From Nemertoderma westbladi (Eukaryota > Animalia > Xenacoelomorpha): 64,000 nt of DNA. Of this stretch, positions 56,601 to 64,000 are shown piece after piece. Made by a program: the position numbers and the translations under genes. Under the pieces are notes generated by a model. It ran no database searches. It was given only the letters and a program-made list of their open reading frames with translations, and was not told the origin of the DNA. The stretch is taken from positions 1 through 64,000 of the forward strand of contig JAUCBJ010007727.1 in NCBI GenBank assembly GCA_032718475.1. The letters run 5' to 3'. How positions within the stretch are numbered: position 1 is the first letter of the stretch; each line of letters opens with the position of its first letter.

Positions 56601-57758
56601 TATTCAGCTGGCTGGGTAATACATTACAAACTAACAGTTGATGTTTGCTTACTGTCTGGGATAGAGTGAGAGAGTAATAAACTTGGCAAGTAATAGTACT
56701 TCTCTGCAGTTTGGGCCTATCCATTCAATCAATAGTTAGTAGCTTACTAGGCCCTCATGAGTACCAGCAGCTGGTGTTCCTATCATTGAGTCTATGGCAA
56801 TTTTCGTGTTATGGGGCTATTTTCGAAATAAAAAAAAGACACTTTAATAATTTTTTTCGAAACTTTTTTTCCACATCCTGGGGTTGAGCTGCGTCGATTG
56901 ATATAACTTTCATTGACGGACGAGCTATAGTTTCGGAGGAGTTCACCCGATATGATACTACATACATACATACATATACAACATGTCCCGTAATATAGTG
57001 TCATTTTCTGATGACACGGACCCCCCCCCCCCCCCCCCCCCGATTTTTCTACAAATCTTTATCATAATGCTTGGAACACAACTAGTTCCATTCACCGTCG
57101 ATGACCCCTTGAAGCCGGAATTTTGATTTTGCCTTTAAATTTTTTTTATAAGCGTTTTAAAAAAGTGTCTTTTGCGAAATCGAACCCTCCGTGTCGTGGC
57201 CATTCTTCACATTAGTCGTAATTTTATCATATCAATAGAAAGCCTGTGTTGCAAGGATTCTAAATATGTAACCGATCGTTGCAACAAAGTTTAGTCAATA
57301 TCGTGATGTCCTTAATCCCAGTCTCTCCGTTCACTCGATATACTTTAATTCCACTAAATACATCCCCGATCTTCTAACGTAGGTCGTTCACATTCTCTGC
57401 GTAGCGAGAAGGGAAGGTGGACTCGTACGCCACCCAGCGACCGAGTATGTTCTTGCGACCTCACCACAGTAGAACACGAGGAACATGTTTTGGTAAATTG
57501 CTGCCCTATAACTAGAAAATTACGCGAAAGGTTCGGTCTCACTAAATTCAGCTCTGTGAACGCCCTTTTCGATGGTGCAGCACATCATACTTTATGTTCT
57601 TTCTGTTTTGAAGTGGAAAAAATATTTCCGTAGGTAGTAAGTGAGACAATTAAATGTTCATATTTTAAAATTTACATAGACTTTTCTAAGAAATATAATG
57701 GAAGTAATATTATTTTGGACAATTATTGTTATGTCATCGTCATTATTTTGTATTTCGG

Positions 57759-60700
57759 ATTTGTGAGTTACCCTTATTAGTGGACTGTTATTGTGCCCGT
57801 GCTATTTGTGAGTTACCCTTATTAGTGGACTGTTATTGTGCCCGTGCTATTTGTGAGTTACCCTTATTAGTGGATTGTTATTGTGCCCGTGCTATTTGTG
57901 AGTTACCCTTATTAGTGGACTGTTATTGTGCCCGTGCTATTTGTGAGTTACCCTTATTAGTGGACTGTTATTGTGCCCGTGCTATTTGTGAGTTACCCTT
58001 ATTAGTGGACTGTTATTGTGCCCGTGCTATTTGTGAGTTACCCTTATTAGTGGACTGTTATTGTGCCCGTGCTATTTGTGAGTTACCCTTATTAGTGGAC
58101 TGTTATTGTGCCCGTGCTATTTGTGAGTTACCCTTATTAGTGGACTGTTATTGTGCCCGTGCTATTTGTGAGTTACCCTTATTAGTGGACTGTTATTGTG
58201 CCCGTGCTATTTGTGAGTTACCCTTATTAGTGGACTGTTATTGTGCCCGTGCTATTTGTGAGTTACCCTTATTAGTGGACTGTTATTGTGCCCGTGCTAT
58301 TTGTGAGTTACCCTTATTAGTGGACTGTTATTGTGCCCGTGCTATTTGTGAGTTACCCTTATTAGTGGACTGTTATTGTGCCCGTGCTATTTGTGAGTTA
58401 CCCTTATTAGTGGACTGTTATTGTGCCCGTGCTATTTGTGAGTTACCCTGATTAGTGGACTGTTATTGTGCCCGTGCTATTTGTGAGATACCCTTATTAG
58501 TGGACTGTTATTGTGCCCGTGCTATTTGTGAGTTACCCTTATTAGTGGACTGTTATTGTGCCCGTGCTATTTGTGAGTTACCCTTATTAGTGGACTGTTA
58601 TTGTGCCCGTGCTATTTGTGAGTTACCCTTATTAGTGGACTGTTATTGTGCCCGTGCTATTTGTGAGTTACCCTTATTAGTGGACTGTTATTGTGCCCGT
58701 GCTATTTGTGAGTTACCCTTATTAGTGGACTGTTATTGTGCCCGTGCTATTTGTGAGTTACCCTTATTAGTGGACTGTTATTGTGCCCGTGCTATTTGTG
58801 AGTTACCCTTATTAGTGGACTGTTATTGTGCCCGTGCTATTTGTGAGTTACCCTTATTAGTGGACTGTTATTGTGCCCGTGCTATTTGTGAGTTACCCTT
58901 ATTAGTGGACTGTTATTGTGCCCGTGCTATTTGTGAGTTACCCTTATTAGTGGACTGTTATTGTGCCCGTGCTATTTGTGAGTTACCCTTATTAGTGGAC
59001 TGTTATTGTGCCCGTGCTATTTGTGAGTTACCCTTATTAGTGGACTGTTATTGTGCCCGTGCTATTTGTGAGTTACCCTTATTAGTGGACTGTTATTGTG
59101 CCCGTGCTATTTGTGAGTTACCCTTATTAGTGGACTGTTATTGTGCCCGTGCTATTTGTGAGTTACCCTTATTAGTGGACTGTTATTGTGCCCGTGCTAT
59201 TTGTGAGTTACCCTTATTAGTGGACTGTTATTGTGCCCGTGCTATTTGTGAGTTACCCTTATTAGTGGACTGTTATTGTGCCCGTGCTATTTGTGAGTTA
59301 CCCTTATTAGTGGACTGTTATTGTGCCCGTGCTATTTGTGAGTTACCCTTATTAGTGGACTGTTATTGTGCCCGTGCTATTTGTGAGTTACCCTTATTAG
59401 TGGACTGTTATTGTGCCCGTGCTATTTGTGAGTTACCCTTATTAGTGGACTGTTATTGTGCCCGTGCTATTTGTGAGTTACCCTTATTAGTGGACTGTTA
59501 TTGTGCCCGTGCTATTTGTGAGTTACCCTTATTAGTGGACTGTTATTGTGCCCGTGCTATTTGTGAGTTACCCTTATTAGTGGACTGTTATTGTGCCCGT
59601 GCTATTTGTGAGTTACCCTTATTAGTGGACTGTTATTGTGCCCGTGCTATTTGTGAGTTACCCTTATTAGTGGACTGTTATTGTGCCCGTGCTATTTGTG
59701 AGTTACCCTTATTAGTGGACTGTTATTGTGCCCGTGCTATTTGTGAGTTACCCTTATTAGTGGACTGTTATTGTGCCCGTGCTATTTGTGAGTTACCCTT
59801 ATTAGTGGACTGTTATTGTGCCCGTGCTATTTGTGAGTTACCCTTATTAGTGGACTGTTATTGTGCCCGTGCTATTTGTGAGTTACCCTTATTAGTGGAC
59901 TGTTATTGTGCCCGTGCTATTTGTGAGTTACCCTTATTAGTGGACTGTTATTGTGCCCGTGCTATTTGTGAGTTACCCTTATTAGTGGACTGTTATTGTG
60001 CCCGTGCTATTTGTGAGTTACCCTTATTAGTGGACTGTTATTGTGCCCGTGCTATTTGTGAGTTACCCTTATTAGTGGACTGTTATTGTGCCCGTGCTAT
60101 TTGTGAGTTACCCTTATTAGTGGACTGTTATTGTGCCCGTGCTATTTGTGAGTTACCCTTATTAGTGGACTGTTATTGTGCCCGTGCTATTTGTGAGTTA
60201 CCCTTATTAGTGGACTGTTATTGTGCCCGTGCTATTTGTGAGTTACCCTTATTAGTGGACTGTTATTGTGCCCGTGCTATTTGTGAGTTACCCTTATTAG
60301 TGGACTGTTATTGTGCCCGTGCTATTTGTGAGTTACCCTTATTAGTGGACTGTTATTGTGCCCGTGCTATTTGTGAGTTACCCTTATTAGTGGACTGTTA
60401 TTGTGCCCGTGCTATTTGTGAGTTACCCTTATTAGTGGACTGTTATTGTGCCCGTGCTATTTGTGAGTTACCCTTATTAGTGGACTGTTATTGTGCCCGT
60501 GCTATTTGTGAGTTACCCTTATTAGTGGACTGTTATTGTGCCCGTGCTATTTGTGAGTTACCCTTATTAGTGGACTGTTATTGTGCCCGTGCTATTTGTG
60601 AGTTACCCTTATTAGTGGACTGTTATTGTGCCCGTGCTATTTGTGAGTTACCCTTATTAGTGGACTGTTATTGTGCCCGTGCTATTTGTGAGTTACCCTT

Positions 60701-63166
60701 ATTAGTGGACTGTTATTGTGCCCGTGCTATTTGTGAGTTACCCTTATTAGTGGACTGTTATTGTGCCCGTGCTATTTGTGAGTTACCCTTATTAGTGGAC
60801 TGTTATTGTGCCCGTGCTATTTGTGAGTTACCCTTATTAGTGGACTGTTATTGTGCCCGTGCTATTTGTGAGTTACCCTTATTAGTGGACTGTTATTGTG
60901 CCCGTGCTATTTGTGAGTTACCCTTATTAGTGGACTGTTATTGTGCCCGTGCTATTTGTGAGTTACCCTTATTAGTGGACTGTTATTGTGCCCGTGCTAT
61001 TTGTGAGTTACCCTTATTAGTGGACTGTTATTGTGCCCGTGCTATTTGTGAGTTACCCTTATTAGTGGACTGTTATTGTGCCCGTGCTATTTGTGAGTTA
61101 CCCTTATTAGTGGACTGTTATTGTGCCCGTGCTATTTGTGAGTTACCCTTATTAGTGGACTGTTATTGTGCCCGTGCTATTTGTGAGTTACCCTTATTAG
61201 TGGACTGTTATTGTGCCCGTGCTATTTGTGAGTTACCCTTATTAGTGGACTGTTATTGTGCCCGTGCTATTTGTGAGTTGTCCTTATTAGTTGATTGTTA
61301 TTGTGCCCGTGCTATTTGTGAGTTACCCTTATTAGTGGACTGTTATTGTGCCCGTGCTATTTGTGAGTTACCCTTATTAGTGGACTGTTATTGTGCCCGT
61401 GCTATTTGTGAGTTACCCTTATTAGTGGACTGTTATTGTGCCCGTGCTATTTGTGAGTTACCCTTATTAGTGGACTGTTATTGTGCCCGTGCTATTTGTG
61501 AGTTACCCTTATTAGTGGACTGTTATTGTGCCCGTGCTATTTGTGAGTTACCCTTATTAGTGGACTGTTATTGTGCCCGTGCTATTTGTGAGTTACCCTT
61601 ATTAGTGGACTGTTATTGTGCCCGTGCTATTTGTGAGTTACCCTTATTAGTGGACTGTTATTGTGCCCGTGCTATTTGTGAGTTACCCTTATTAGTGGAC
61701 TGTTATTGTGCCCGTGCTATTTGTGAGTTACCCTTATTAGTGGACTGTTATTGTGCCCGTGCTATTTGTGAGTTACCCTTATTAGTGGACTGTTATTGTG
61801 CCCGTGCTATTTGTGAGTTACCCTTATTAGTGGACTGTTATTGTGCCCGTGCTATTTGTGAGTTACCCTTATTAGTGGACTGTTATTGTGCCCGTGCTAT
61901 TTGTGAGTTACCCTTATTAGTGGACTGTTATTGTGCCCGTGCTATTTGTGAGTTACCCTTATTAGTGGACTGTTATTGTGCCCGTGCTATTTGTGAGTTA
62001 CCCTTATTAGTGGACTGTTATTGTGCCCGTGCTATTTGTGAGTTACCCTTATTAGTGGACTGTTATTGTGCCCGTGCTATTTGTGAGTTACCCTTATTAG
62101 TGGACTGTTATTGTGCCCGTGCTATTTGTGAGTTACCCTTATTAGTGGACTGTTATTGTGCCCGTGCTATTTGTGAGTTACCCTTATTAGTGGACTGTTA
62201 TTGTGCCCGTGCTATTTGTGAGTTACCCTTATTAGTGGACTGTTATTGTGCCCGTGCTATTTGTGAGTTACCCTTATTAGTGGACTGTTATTGTGCCCGT
62301 GCTATTTGTGAGTTACCCTTATTAGTGGACTGTTATTGTGCCCGTGCTATTTGTGAGTTACCCTTATTAGTGGACTGTTATTGTGCCCGTGCTATTTGTG
62401 AGTTACCCTTATTAGTGGACTGTTATTGTGCCCGTGCTATTTGTGAGTTACCCTTATTAGTGGACTGTTATTGTGCCCGTGCTATTTGTGAGTTACCCTT
62501 ATTAGTGGACTGTTATTGTGCCCGTGCTATTTGTGAGTTACCCTTATTAGTGGGCTGTTATTGTGCCCGTGCTATTTGTGAGTTACCCTTATTAGTGGAC
62601 TGTTATTGTGCCCGTGCTATTTGTGAGTTACCCTTATTAGTGGACTTTTATTGTGCCCGTGCTATTTGTGAGTTACCCTTATTAGTGGACTGTTATTGTG
62701 CCCGTGCTATTTATGAGTTACCCTTATTAGTGGAGTGTTATTGTGCCCGTGCTATTTGTGAGTTACCCTTATTAGTGGACTGTTATTGTGCCCGTGCTAT
62801 TTGTGAGTTACCCTTATTAGTGGACTGTTATTGTGCCCGTGCTATTTGTGAGTTACCCTTATTAGTGGACTGTTATTGTGCCCGTGCTATTTGTGAGTTA
62901 CCCTTATTAGTGGACTGTTATTGTGCCCGTGCTATTTGTGAGTTACCCTTATTAGTGGACTGTTATTGTGCCCGTGCTATTTGTGAGTTACCCTTATTAG
63001 TGGACTGTTATTGTGCCCGCGCTATTTGTGAGTTACCCTTATTAGTGGACTGTTATTGTGCCCGTGCTATTTGTGAGTTACCCTTATTAGTGGACTGTTA
63101 TTGTGCCCGTGCTATTTGTGAGTTACCCTTATTAGTGGACTGTTATTGTGCCCGTGCTATTTGTGA
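57759..63166. repeat. 45-bp satellite array, about 120 near-identical units
   Basis: Unit atttgtgagttacccttattagtggactgttattgtgcccgtgct; only scattered point variants. Confidence 0.99.
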
Positions 63167-64000
63167 AATATTTGTCAATAAATTTATATATATATAACAA
63201 TATCTGAATTTCGTTAAGAAACAGCCTAGATATAGGCGTTCAAAGATTGCAAGAACTATTGTTCCTGAAAAACAATCGTCAAATTACTCCCCAAACCAGG
63301 GTTTTTTTTTCTAAATATGTTAGTGAAATTTATAAATAAAAATAGTGATTTGTAAATTTTTTAAACTTGTTTAGAAATATTTCTAAAATTAAATATTGCA
63401 AACAACGAATTGAAAAATATAAACTTTACTACAGCGTTTGAAATAAAAACACCTGTAAATCAAAATAACCATTTTAATTTATTATTAATGTTGTTTGTTC
63501 GTTATTCATTCACCAGAATCGAATATTTGATCATCTAAATCTGATTCATCTCCATCAGCTTCATTTGTACCAACTTCTATAATATCGAATAAACTCCCCC
63601 ATTTCTCGAGGTATTGTTTATTTCTAAGAACATTGACATCGACTGTGTTATTCGGTGTTTTTTGGTTTTCTAAACAAATTAGAGATTTTCTAAATTTTTA
63701 CTCGCCGTTTAGAAACTTTTCACAGCGGACATTTTGAAAAAAAAAACCCTGCCCCAAACGTACAATAATAATATGAAAAAATTACAAGAAATAAATATTA
63801 TTTCAAAATATTAAATTATAAATTAATATTACCTTTTTGGTCGCTATACTGTTTATCAGTGAAGTAAAATTTTCAAATCTAAATATTATATTATTATGAA
63901 CTGAAATTCATTCATATCTTTAATTACAGGATAGGCGTACACTGTCAAAAGTACCTCAATAACCAAACTGCACAATAATAATACAAATTAATTAATAGAA

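Noticed and set aside
1719-57041. Long G/C homopolymer runs as a dedicated G-quadruplex system
   Set aside because: Most runs sit inside recognisable MITE or repeat families, and homopolymer lengths are unreliable in assemblies.
56796-57524. MITE bounded by a 22-bp imperfect inverted repeat
   Set aside because: Only about 17/22 identity and no clear TSD; not enough to call.
57726-63197. 241-aa and 1580-aa Cys-rich ORFs
   Set aside because: Translation of a 45-bp (multiple of 3) satellite; non-ATG starts and no unique sequence.

Overview
AT-rich, repeat-dense eukaryotic (animal-like) genomic DNA. One host gene can be rebuilt on the minus strand: a 6-exon, 333-aa DUF547-domain gene (6750-42963). 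Its second intron is U12-type, and its 24.5-kb third intron holds a very young, unusually large (16.9 kb) Bel/Pao LTR retrotransposon inserted into a 63-bp satellite. This element is the main candidate novelty. It has near-identical 1884-bp LTRs with TAT...ATA ends instead of TG...CA, and no tRNA-type PBS; in its place is an 11-nt site perfectly complementary to a sequence inside its own LTR, the geometry of Tf1-style self-priming. It also carries a tRNA-derived A/B-box cassette in U3, an extra non-env ORF with three CCHC zinc knuckles, a hairpin motif repeated about 10 times regardless of reading frame, and a gag-pol ORF split by a small hAT-like insertion. The rest of the window holds a hammerhead-ribozyme retroelement (Penelope/retrozyme-like), four RTE-like LINE fragments, other LINE remnants, many MITEs (hAT, PIF/Harbinger, piggyBac, Kolobok-like, Tc1/mariner, foldback) and a homogeneous 5.4-kb 45-bp satellite. 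All calls come from reading the sequence by eye; no database searches were run.
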